In this document: positions 1 through 12,000 of the stretch, piece by piece
Layout: each line of letters starts with the position of its first letter
Numbering within the stretch: position 1 is the first letter of the stretch
Assembly: GCA_964252035.1 (NCBI GenBank)
Contig: OZ176206.1
Length of the DNA stretch: 64,000 bases
DNA from: Podarcis erhardii
Lineage: Eukaryota
Strand: one strand, 5' to 3'
Program-made: the position numbers and the translations under genes
Notes under the pieces: generated by a model
Databases searched by the model: none
What the model saw: the letters and a program-made list of their open reading frames with translations, nothing else
What the model was told of the DNA's origin: nothing

Positions 1-3000
1 CCAGATTCTCTTGCTCTGGTTGTTCAAAGGTGGGCAAGAGAGGAGAGGAAGAGGACTGGAATTAGCAGCAAGTTTGTGAATAAACAGAGTTCTGCATGTG
101 CCTGATTGCTAGTATTAGAGACTCAGTGGCAGGAAGAACATAAATGTTCTCCGAATCTTGTGAACATGAGTGGGTTGAGTGCTTTTGGCACTTGTGTCTC
201 GCTTGTGGGCTTCCCATAAGCATCTGGCCTGTGAGAACAGCATGCTGAACTAAATGGGAATCACCAGAGTTCCTTCTTAAGCTTTTATCTCTCCATGTCA
301 TCTCCAGAAGGCCTGGCTTGGCTTAGAACATAAAGGTGGATGGTGCAGATACTCAGCATAGTTTCGCTCCTACCCTCCCCTTTGAGGAAGCCTTGCCTAG
401 TGGAAGGAAAATACCTTCCTTACTGACAAAGCTGATAAGATCTCATTCCTGTGGAGGATTAAAAACCTCCCATGTGGCCCAGCTTTTCACACCCTGGTCA
501 GAAATGTGCAGTGTGATTCTTGATGGGAACAGAATCACCAAGGAAGTTGCGAGGTCAGAACCTGTTTCTTTAGTAGTAGTCCTGGGAGTGGGGGGTGGTT
601 AGTACTCAAGTTTCAAGTTGCCAGCTGGAAAATTGCTTTATTTGGCAATGTCCTGTGCATTCCACAGTGAGGATGTGTTTGATATGCAGACTTTTGAAAG
701 AGACAGCTCTGTGCTGGGCTGTTTCAGTTTCGGTGCTTCAGGCCCTCCCCTCTTCTACTTACTGACTGAAGCCAATTGGCTATGAGTTCTTATTTTAGTC
801 TCGGCCCATTCTTTGCCAAATTCAGCCAGGTTTTGAAAAGATGGTCAAAGCACATACTTCAGTTGCTGCCCTTCATCTTTTCCCTTAAACGTGAAGTTTC
901 CTTCTGAAGTTTAGCCAGTTTCTGAACTTGCCTTCATTTCAGTTGAGAGAGAGAGAGAGTGAAGTACCCCATACTTGAAAAATGCAGACTGTGAGTGTGG
1001 AGGATAAAGAAAGTTCTTTTCTCATGCAGGACTTTGTTTTTCCCTTCTCGTGGTTCCCTAGGCAGGATTGGCCAATAAGTTCAACAGGAAAAGAGGCACA
1101 TCCATTGCTCAGTACTAGCTATGAGCTTGTGAGTACGCTGCTTGTGATGGTTGGACTAATCTGCAGAGATCCCAATGAGGGTTTGACAGGGAAGGGGTGG
1201 GGGAAGTGTAGTTGGATAAGGTGAGCCATAAGGATGATGTGAAATGGAGCTGATAAATTATGGGAAAGAACTTGGTAAGCATCTCTGGAAAGTTCGCTCA
1301 TCTTATGCCGGAGCTACTGAAGTCAAAAAAGGAAGAGGGTAGCACCAGTGTGAATTTTGAAGAGGTGAAACTCCCAAGGTGAAGAAAGCAATTTATTGAG
1401 TGTGCTTTCCAGTTTGACCAAGCCGTGGCTCTATTTTAAAGGCTCTTTCATTATTAATGTACTGGTTAATGAGCAGCCCATAACTTGTTCGTCATGTTGG
1501 TTGCTTCTATAATGTGACTTCTGGTTCCTAGAACTTCAGTCTAACATGGGTTGGCTACAAATTCCAGGGGGAAATAGTTCCTGGTGAAGAGATGGCCTGA
1601 TTGTGTGGGGAGAGGCCCTTTGAGGGTAGTTGATTGGAGTTGAAGTGTCCTTCTGCACTTGATGTAGAAGCCTAGCTCATTATCATTACCTTCAAATCAA
1701 TGACCTCTTGTTTTGTTTAAAGCTCTCTGAAGGAAGACTCAGTAGAAATGCATTTCCCAGGACCTGGAGCTTCTCCTATGTCTTGGTCTCTGAGTCCTAA
1801 ACCTCTCTCTCCCACCCCCCAACCCCAAGAACTGACACTGGTAGCTGGATCAGGATCCTGATGAGATAAAGGGCTTTTTGGCCCCATGCTTTATAGGCAC
1901 AGCCCTGCATTCTAAAGTTCAATGTCCATGTCAGAAATTTCCATTCTGATTTTATCCCGTGAACTGCCCTGAGATATAAATCAATAAATAACTGCAGGTA
2001 CATATTCAATAAATAATATATATACATATAAGCACTCTTTTTCTCTCTCTGGAGCTTTCCTCATGAAAACCTGCTTTTTAAAGCCGAAGTACAACAAATG
2101 GCAATTCAGGTTTTCTGTGGATTGCTGCTTGCTCCAATTCAGCTTTAAAGAGTGGGTTTTCACAGGGAAATCTCTGGGGTAAAAAGGCAAAGGCACAGAG
2201 ATTTAAAATATGGACCATGCCTGGAAAGCGCAGGGGAAAGGTAAGTGTGGATAAGCCCAAGGATAATATTTGATTCTGGATCAGTTACTCTTAATTGCCT
2301 TCACTACCCTGCTCTAACTAGTAATTTCACAAACCAGGGTTGTGTAGCAGGAGGTTAGGTAGCCACAGCTGCTCCCACTGGTTCCTCCCTGTTGTCCAGC
2401 CCCTTACCTCAGCTGCTGTGCGGCACACCACCTGCTAGCCAGCGGCAGCCTTTGAATCAAGGCATGACTTTAACCTTGCTTACCGTTTGTGGTTTGGAGC
2501 CCAGGTCACATGGCATAGCAAGGCAGAGACTCTAGCTTGTTGGTAGCCATGGGGAAAGGAGCACTGCAGGAACTTTTGAATAACATGCTCCAGAAAGCCA
2601 CTTATTCGTGTTAAACCGTATTTCCAGAATACAATAACGTGCATCGGGAAAGCGGGCTGTAGAGCTGATCAGGCAGCTTTTAAAACTTTGGCTCCATTGC
2701 TACATTGTCACACCAGCCTTCCACTCTTTCTTTTATTTGTGAGGGCTGCAGGGTAGGACGAATCCTGCGTGTTGGTATCAGGCTTGAGAAGCGTCTCCAG
2801 ATTGCAGTGTTCTTGTACTACCCTGTTTGCCTCCGCCTAGGCTACTGAAACGGCTCCAATTCACTGCACTGCTTTAGATGGTAGAATGTTCAGGTCCCCA
2901 AAAGGCTGCCTAGGAAAGGCCCCAGTGAATTAATCTCTGCTGCATTTTTTATTTTTATTTTTTTGCAATGACAAATATATGCCTTTTGTTACCAGCAAGC

Positions 3001-3521
3001 ACACTACTTATCTGTGTTTGCACACTGGCTTTGAGCCACTTGGATACTTTTCAATCAGTTGTGCAGTACCTCCTACCTTCACATATTAATAGTTGGGTTA
3101 GAAAGGAGAGCCACAGTTTAAGTTTTCTCACACCCAAACCTTCCTATCAAAATGCTGGTCTATACCTTTTTAAAAAAGGTATAGAACAATATCACAGCAA
3201 CAAAAAAGGAAGTTTTCCACCTTGGTTGCAGGCTACATCACGACGGAGCTGGTTTGTCTTTTCTGTGAAGTTTTTCCTGTCAAAGTGTGTTGGGAATGAA
3301 CATGCACGCATGAAGGCAAAACCAGCTACACACCAAATGCCATTTCCTAATCTGTTGGGTTTGACTAAGTGATGTAAGAATGCTCCGCTTTCTTCCCAAA
3401 TACAGCAAGATGCCCTTGACTGAGCCTCTGGCTTTGGGCAGTGGAACAGCTCAGTGAATCTGGAAGGGTCAGCTCTTCCCTGAAGGTTTTAATTAGGGTT
3501 GCCTATATGTGACATCTATGT

Positions 3522-3884
3522 GGGACGTGGGTGGCTCTGTGGTCTAAACCACTGAGTCTAGGGCTTGCCGATCGGAAGGTCGGCAGTTCGAATCCCTGCG
3601 ACAGGGTGAGCTCCCATTGCTCGGTCCCAGCTCCTGCCAACCTAGCAGCTCCAGAGTATGTCAAAGTGCAAGTAGATAAATAGGTACCGCTCCAGCGGGA
3701 AGGTAAACGGCGTTTCCGTGCGCTGCTCTGGTTTCGCCAGAAGCAGCTTAGTCATGCTAGCCACATGACCCAGAAAAACTGCCTGCAGACAAACATCGGC
3801 TCCCTTTGCCAGTAAAACCACATGAGCACCGCAACCCCAGAGTCGTTCGTGACTGGACTTAAGCGTCAGGGGTCCTTTGCCTTT
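3522..3884 (+). mobile_element. Sauria SINE, near full length
   Basis: Head gggacgtgggtggctctgtggtctaaacc, box-B-like ggttcgaatccc, core gtgcaagtagataaataggtacc, tail ggggtcctttgccttt. Confidence 0.88.
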
Positions 3885-5466
3885 ATGTGTGATTCATTTC
3901 CTTCTTTCTTATATCACCCTGGAACATCTCTTACAGGAATCTCTTGGGCCATTTCCTTGTTCCTCCCTTTAGCTGTTGCTAGTTGGCACTGCTCCGAGAC
4001 ACCTGTTGCGCTGCTCAGGGTGTGGGCAGGTAGCAGAATAGGTAACCAAAGCAGGCTACTTCTCTCACTTATAGGTATGGAATGTGCTGCTCCATGTTGC
4101 ACTCCCCCAAGCCCTTTCCTGCCGCGTTACCCAAGATTCTGCAATCTGGTAGATTATTACAGTATAATACTGTAATTTATTAGCCTTTACCCTTGGGTTT
4201 CGGGGCAGCTTGCAACAATTTACACACGTTAAAAACAGTTTAAACAACTTGCAGTCACAGAAATAAGGTGGGTGCTAAAAGCATACCTTGTAAGTGTCAA
4301 AAGCCAGGGTGAAGAGGATCTATACAACCCAAACGCTGAGATATGTGAAGTGGCTCGCAGCTGGGCCTAATATTGGAAACCAAAGAGTGGACAAGGTGCA
4401 CGGAAAGGGCTGCAGCAAGGGGACTCGCGCCTGTTCCCATCCCTCCTTCCTCCCTCAAGTGTTGCAGATAGCAACAGCTGTGGACTAAGGTTATATGTAC
4501 ATGCAAAACATGGCTTTTGACACTTTAAATGAAGCAGCTCCGGGGTATGGAGAAAGGAGGCTCTGGCAACATTATTCTAAGAATAACTGTGTTGTGGTCA
4601 GAGCATGATAGTTTCTGGGAGAACCCAGATTCAAGTCACCTTCAACTATGGAGTTCCATGGGAGGAGAGGCAGGTAGACTGTTTTAAGTTTCCCAGGAAT
4701 GTAGGAAACTGCCTTATGCCTAGTCAAGACCTTGCTCAGAATTGTCTCCTTGGACTGGAAGCAGTTCTCTAGCATTTCTGTCAGGGGGCATTCCCAGCCC
4801 TTCCTGCAGATTCTGGGGATTGATCTGCAACTGAGCTTAACATATTTTTTCCCTTTTTTTACTTGATAGCTGCCAAGCTTAATCCTTCTGTGTTTCCTTG
4901 GTTTTGGGGGGGGGAGGGAGGGAGTGTAAGCAAAAAAGAATTCTGCTATCCTATTTCTTTCTGTCTGCCACTTGTCCTAACTTCTTTCCCCCTCCCTGGT
5001 GCATATGTTCGCCATGTTATGTTGCTATGCCTACCACCCACTCCCACGTTCTCCTTTCTTGTAGACACCTCTCATTTGGCAGGTGTGCAGTTTGTTTTTT
5101 GCTGCACTGAGACTTCTCATGCAGCTGCAGAGACAGGAAGATGCTATTACTGTTAGTTGCTTTGTCTCGCGGTGCCACGTCTGTCCATACTTGTGCTTGC
5201 TGCGAGCAGATCGCCTTGTGTGTAACAAAATAGCTGGGCTGGGCTCTGGATGTGAACATCCCCCCCCACTTTCAGAACCTTACCCCTGTAGACATGAAAC
5301 GTTTGGGGACGAGGTGGGGGCAGGAAATGCATTTTTCTTGTAAGCATCCAAGCGAAAGCTGAGCATTGTGAACGTCAGGAGGCTGATCAGATAATCAAAT
5401 TGGCATTAAATGGTTTTCGAGTGAAGATGATCCTTGCTTTTAGGCGATGCATGCATGGGTTGTAAA

Positions 5467-5604
5467 CAGTGGCGTAGCGTGGGGGGTGCAGGCCGCACCG
5501 GGCGCAACATCTGGGGGTTAGGGTTAGGGGGCGCAAATCCACGGCTTAGGGGGCGCAAATTACTTGCCTTGCCCCGGGTGCTGATAACCCACGCTACGCC
5601 ACTG
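5467..5604. mobile_element. hAT MITE with perfect 8-bp TSD
   Basis: TIR CAGTGGCGTAGCGTGGG / CCCACGCTACGCCACTG; TSD GTTGTAAA at 5459-5466 and 5605-5612. Confidence 0.9.
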
Positions 5605-5854
5605 GTTGTAAATGGCTATTCTCTCCCCAAAGACACGGAATGCCTCTCAAAATGGTGCTTCTCCGCTACAGTTTGTACTTGCATTAAAATTAGTTTCTTC
5701 CCCAGCCCCCAAAACCTGCTGGTACTTTAATTGGGGCACCTTTTTAGCCCTTCAAAATGTTTGTGCATAAAAAAAAGTTAACCTGACGAATGAGCATTGC
5801 CTGTACTCATTCTACCTTCTACTGCTTCCAACAGGTCACTGTCTTCTGTTTCCC

Positions 5855-5881
5855 CTGCTGCTGCTGCTGCTGCCGCCGCTG
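5855..5881 (+). repeat. (CTG)6(CCG)2CTG repeat in the B4GALT3-like exon, upstream of the ATG
   Basis: Direct reading. Confidence 0.9.
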
Positions 5882-5932
5882 CCCTTCAGCCCAGCTGCAC
5901 CATGGATAGATGATCCTGGCCCTGCCTCAGCC

Positions 5933-6194
5933 ATGCTGCAGTTGCGTGGCCGCTACCTGCTGCTCTTCCTAGGGGTACAGCTGGTGGTGATGGCTCTGCT
6001 GTACCACGATGGCTACCGCAAGCGTGTTGCCTATTTCCTGGGCATCTTCTACAAGGGGGGCACATTGACTATATTGTCCAGCCTACACAATGTTTCGCTG
6101 CCAGGGGACGTCTACGCCAACCTCAGCCTGATTGCCCGGCCCCCTCTGCCCCCAGAGGAACTTCCTTACTGTCCGGAGGCATCTCCTTTCCTTG
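5933..6194 (+). CDS. B4GALT3-like coding exon 1 (TM anchor and stem); the exon itself starts at 5835
   Basis: gccATG at 5933; acceptor ttccaacag|5835 with a polypyrimidine tract; donor CTTG|gtaagg at 6195. Confidence 0.9.
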
Positions 6195-9012
6195 GTAAGG
6201 GCTTCTCTGTTCTTGATCCTGGTTCTGGTTAGGAACTGAGGATTTGGAGTCAGCCCTCAGATTTGAATGGTGTTGGGCTGGCGTGGTTGTTCTGAAATTA
6301 AGAGTCACAGAAGCCATAATGTATTGTTTCACTGAACCAGCCAGCCATCTGGAAAGGTTTTGGGTGGCACGTGAAAGGCAGAAATGAGCATGAAACAGTG
6401 AAGTAAATTCTGAGCAAGCTTTTGGGTCAATTTTGTCTCTTTGTGTGTAGCGTACTAGTTCTGAGACTAAAGAGTTTAGTGTAATTCAAAAGCTTGCTTC
6501 ATGTTTACACCGCTCTTTGGCCCTGGGAAAGAAGACACAAATTCTGGAAGAAGAGTACGGCAATAGTGATTTTTAAATAGAAATGCCTAGCGATGAGAGA
6601 CCCCTGCAAAAAGAGGCTTGAGGATTGTGGGCCCATCGTAGACGTGATCTTGCATTAAGCCGTGAAGTGCTCTGTGAAATGAGAGAAGTGGTTCTCTCTC
6701 CTCGACCCATGCCCCCTTTCTTGTCCAGTGTGACTAGTGAAAGCATAGTGATAACTCAGTTCATAGAGCATGAGACTCAATCTCAGAGTCGTGGGTTTGA
6801 GCCCCAACTTGGGCCAAAAAAATCCTGCATCGCAGGTGGCTGGACTAGATGACTCACATGGTCCCTTCCAACTCTACAATTCTATGATTCTTTAAGTTTG
6901 CAGGGATGACCAGGGATGGAGCAGGTGGAAAGAGAAAAGAACCCTGGAACTGACTAGGAGGCTAATGCTCATTTTAATCTAAAATGAAAATGTTTTGAGG
7001 TGTTCGCCTCTTGAGGACTCTGGGTCACGTTGGCTCTTAGCCTGCGGTCTGCTGACTACCTAGGCGGTGGAGATTGTTTGCCTTACCCCTGTCTCTGCTC
7101 GCCTGCAGGAGGCCCCATTCGGGTGACTTTCCCCGCAGGGCTGTCTCTGGATGATATTGTGCGGAAGAATCCCCTTGTGACCAAAGGGGGGCGCTACCGT
7201 CCGCCCGACTGCGATGCAGTCCACAAAACAGCTGTCATCATCCCCCACCGCAACCGAGAGCAGCACCTCAAGTACCTGCTCTACTACCTGCACCCCTTCC
7301 TGCAGCGGCAGCAACTCACCTATGGCATCTACATCATCCATCAGGTGCGTTGCCACAGCCGTGTGTGAGCTGGGCAGGGCAGGAGGTTTGAATTATTATT
7401 ACAGTGGTACCTCGGGTTACATACGCTTCAGGTTACATACACTTCAGGTTACAGACTCCGCTAACCCAGAAATAGTGCTTCAGGTTAAGAACTTTGCTTC
7501 AGGATGAGAACAGAAATCGTGTTCTGGCGGCGCAGCGGCATCAGGCGGCCCCGTTAGCTAAAGTGGTGCTTCAGGTTAAGAACAGTTTCAGGTTAAGTAC
7601 AGACCTCCGGAATGAATTAAGTACTTAACCCGAGGTACCACTGTATTATTATTATTATTATTAATTTTATTATATATACTCCACCCATCTCGCTGGGTTT
7701 CCCCAGCTACTCTGGGCGGCTCCCAACAGAAGAGTCTCCGTGGCAGCTGCCTGTCCCTGCATTAATGTGTGGCCTCTCTCTCTCCTTAGGAGAGGAGGGA
7801 ATAGAGGCAATAGCTCTATTGTTAATGGAGGAGTGCCCAGTGAAGGCAGGTGGGCAGGCAATGCTTTTTTCAGCACTAGGCCTCAGTAGGGGGCAGTGGG
7901 TTGCGCTCTGATTGCTGCAGAGAGGGAAAGCTGTAGTTCCTTCCAAAAAGTGCGGTGAATCATGATTTCTGCTGTGCTGAGTCTGATCTCTGGAGAGGTG
8001 GGGAAGAGTCAGGCACAAGGAAAGGAACCCTAGCAAGAGTACTACGGGGTGGGTTGGAGCTGAGACTGGGATTCAGGAGCGGGTAGGGACCAACCAGCAC
8101 CCAGCGGTTTGAGCTCACCGAATTCCTTGGAAGGGGGAAGAGATAAAGTAAGGAACCTCGGATGTAGATGAATGAGTCCCCACTGGAGCATGCCCTAGCC
8201 AAGATAGAAATGGAGTAGGTGGTTCTGGAGGAGCTGTCAAATGCAAGGATGCCAGAAGTCAGCGTGGAGGAAGGATACTATTTTAATGTAGTGCCTAGTG
8301 GCGACTGTCCTGGATGTGAGAGTTTANNNNNNNNNNNNNNNNNNNNNNNNNNNNNNNNNNNNNNNNNNNNNNNNNNNNNNNNNNNNNNNNNNNNNNNNNN
8401 NNNNNNNNNNNNNNNNNNNNNNNNNNNNNNNNNNNNNNNNNNNNNNNNNNNNNNNNNNNNNNNNNNNNNNNNNNNNNCCACCCATCTCTTTCTCAGGCTG
8501 AGAACTACACTTTTAACCGGGCCAAACTCTTGAATGTGGGCTTCAAGGAAGCTATGAAAGATGAGGACTGGGACTGTATGTTCTTCCATGATGTGGACCT
8601 CATCCCTGAAGATGACCGCAATGTGTATACCTGCGACCGTTTCCCCAAGCACGTGGCTGTTGCCATGGACAAGTTTGGCTACAAGTAAGCTTCTTGGATT
8701 TGGGTCTGTTTCCATAGGAATGCTTCTATACTCCTCCCAACACTCTTTCCTTCTTAAAATAGAGATGCCCAGTCTCCCTTCTGAAAACAAAATCACACTG
8801 AAAACAACTGCTTTCTCGTGTGTTTCTAGGCTGTTTTCTAGATGCAGATATGGGGAGTGTGCTGGAAGAGTTAGAATGTCAGACTAGAACCAGAGAAACC
8901 TGGGTTCAAATATTACCTCAGCCATAAGGCTTACTGACGGGACCTTGAAGCAGTCATCCTCCCTCAGTCTACTTTGCAAGATTGATGTGAGGATAAAGCA
9001 GGGGAAGAGTCA

Positions 9013-9067
<55 letters not shown>

Positions 9068-12000
9068 TCTTTATTGTCATTGCCCCCTCTGTTTTGAGCT
9101 TGGCAGAAGGGCAGCCTTCTTGCGTGCAGCTGCATTACAGGTGGGAGTTGATACAGAAAAGCTTTCTGCATACAGCAGCTCAGCTGTAGGGGAAGGTTGG
9201 TGCTAAAGAACTGGAAGCCTAGGCAGGACCAATGTTAGAAGCTCAGATGTACTGTATAAGCCAAATGGCTCCTTAAACCAAGGTTGCAGTCGCCAAAACG
9301 GAATGTTTAGTTGCCATTTTGGGACAAGATGGCTCTGACGTCTTATTTTTCAAATGATGGGTTGACTGTGATTATCAGTTTAACATCTGGCTTGTTCAGA
9401 TGACAACCTTGAGCTAGGTTAAGAACTTTGAGGACTTAAAGAAGACAAGTCATTTTATCCAGGGACAGTCTACATAAATACTGGCTTACTCCTACCCCTT
9501 TTTCTTAACGGGGACATGGACCGTTCATAGCTTAAGAATATTCTTCACAACTGTGAGCAGGGCAGTGGGGTGGGGTAAGCGAAGACAAGTGACAACAATT
9601 ACGTAACTATAATGTTTTTCACCGCTCCTGCTCAGGCTACACAGAAAAAGCATTTTGGTTGCTGACATTCATTCTGACTATGCAGATAAAATATTAACTG
9701 ATAGAATTGTACAGGATAATGGTATTAGGGTGTGAAAATGGTCAAGATCCAATGATCCCCAGTCATGCACCTCCAGATGCTGGAGGTGTCAGGTGCCATC
9801 CTGGTGCCCAGACACCTTCACTTGGTCACAAGTGGCCGATAGCCAGGTGCGAAATGCGCCTGGAACCTGTCTAATTTTGATCACTGGACAGGACCCTGCT
9901 CTAGAAATGGTCCTCCTGAAATGCAGTGTACTGCTGCCCTTAAAAACCCTAAAATGATATGCATGCTTCATGCAGTGAAGAGAGTGAGGTCCTCTCTATT
10001 AGCTGCCATTTGATTCCTCTTCCAGAACTCTCTCTCAGGTCATTCCATGTGAATTGGTACCTGAATTTATTGCTTTTCCTTTTCCTTCCACATTCCTTTT
10101 TCCTTTCATGTTAGATCTATTGGTCTGTAAGCCTGTGGGCAGAACCTGTGCTTGTGAACGTAATATTCGCATAGTAATATTAGATGCCCATATCTCTGTG
10201 CCAGCTGAGGTCCTATGTGTTTCCTATAGAGATTCCTATATGCATGGTGGTAGCAGGTGGGCTACATGTAAATAAATGTCCTCTTAAATTCTTGCAGGCT
10301 TCCATACAAGTCCTACTTTGGAGGGGTTTCTGCACTCAGTCCAGAACAATACATGAAGATGAATGGCTTTCCCAACAACTATTGGGGTTGGGGCGGTGAA
10401 GATGACGACATTGCAGTCAGGTAAAGATGGTCCTTGATGCTAGATAAGGAGGCGGCTCCAGTTCCATCCCTTCAGTATAAAGCCCAGCAGCTTTAGGGGA
10501 TTGGGCAACTCTATTCACAAAGGTTTAAGGTGGCATGGCTGAGGATGGGACTCTAGGAGTCCTGCCTCTCAAACTTTCCCCCATGGATTGCCCTAGAGTT
10601 TGTGTCAGAGCATAGGAAATATTGGCAAGGAGGGATTGGGCAAGCTCTGGTAAGAATCCTGGGTAGGAATCTGTTCTTGCTGTTGCCCAGGGGTGGGGCA
10701 AGGGAGAGGAGCCACGAGTGGCATGGTGCAGATTTGAAGGCACTGAAGCACTGCATTGTTTGGGTGTGTAATTGTAGCACTTGTGCCTCTGCTGAAACCC
10801 CATGTGCACTCCTGCTAATGCTGCATCGTCAATCATCTTCTCTTAGGGTAGCGCTGAGTGGGATGGTTATCTCTCGCCCATCTACTCAGTATGGCCGCTA
10901 CCGTATGATCAAGCATGGACACGACAAGGGCAATGAGCAGAACCCTAAGAGGTGAGTAGAGGAGGGGACTACTTGGGGCAGAAATGTGGCCTGAACAATT
11001 GCAAATGGACGGCTGTCTTGTAAACTAGGTGGTTAAGTGTGATTGTATGTAGCTACTCTGCATCCTCCTTAATGCACCCTGTCAAATCCTCTGGGCCAGG
11101 GTGAATGTCCACCGCAGATAATATGACGGATGAGTAACTCCCAGAGAATAGCCATATTTAGATATTTTGTGCTTGAGGGAGTGAAGCCTCCAGCAGTGGC
11201 CAAGCTGGGGTGGAGGCATGGTATGTTCAGTTGTTTTAACGGTTTGCAGTCCAGCTTCTGTGAGAGAAAGGAAGGTTGCCATTATGGCTGACCTGAACAC
11301 ATCACACAAGGGTAAACAAAGAACTGGTAAGAAGTCCTGGGATGTGGAGATTCTAAAGAACTGAGAGCCCAGACAGCTGTTTTTGTTTTTGTGCTGTGAT
11401 TTTCCCTTAATGCTATTTCTGGTGTGGCAGACCTTACCAACACTCCGTTGTGGTGGTGCAAAATAACCTGGACTGGAAATTTTGTAGCAAAAGAGAACTG
11501 GATCGTTGTTTCCAATCCATTTGTAAAACCCAGGCCCCCACCATTACCAACCAGGGCTGTTGGTCCTCACTGCCCACTCTGAGTTGCCATATCACAAGGA
11601 TAGAGTGAGAGTAGAAACTGTACAATTGGTAGAAATTGCATGTTAGACTCAAAACGTAAAAACCTTATGCACCGTTAGAGCTTTGGCTCAGTCCTCAAAC
11701 CTTCCTTGCTTGCTAGTTATACACATCCACTCCTGCTTGTAGGCTGTATGTGTAGTCTTGCCGATTTCCTATTTCCTGCTTGGTGTGTTTTTTCAACTTC
11801 GTCCGTCTGCCATCTATTATCCTCCAGTCCCTGCTTTTTCAAGCATTCTCCTTCCTTCCTTTTCTCCTCCCCACCTGCCACGAATAGCTGCTCCTGATCT
11901 TAAGCTGTGAAGTTTCTTCAGAGCACCCACTTCATCATTGTGAGTGGTTTGTATTTTTCGGCAGGTATAGGCATGGATATTTGCAAATGTTTTTCCGTTA

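Noticed and set aside
1-5400. Protein-coding exons of an upstream gene
   Set aside because: The ORFs lack recognisable motifs and consistent splice phases; only the 2166-2240 candidate exon is retained
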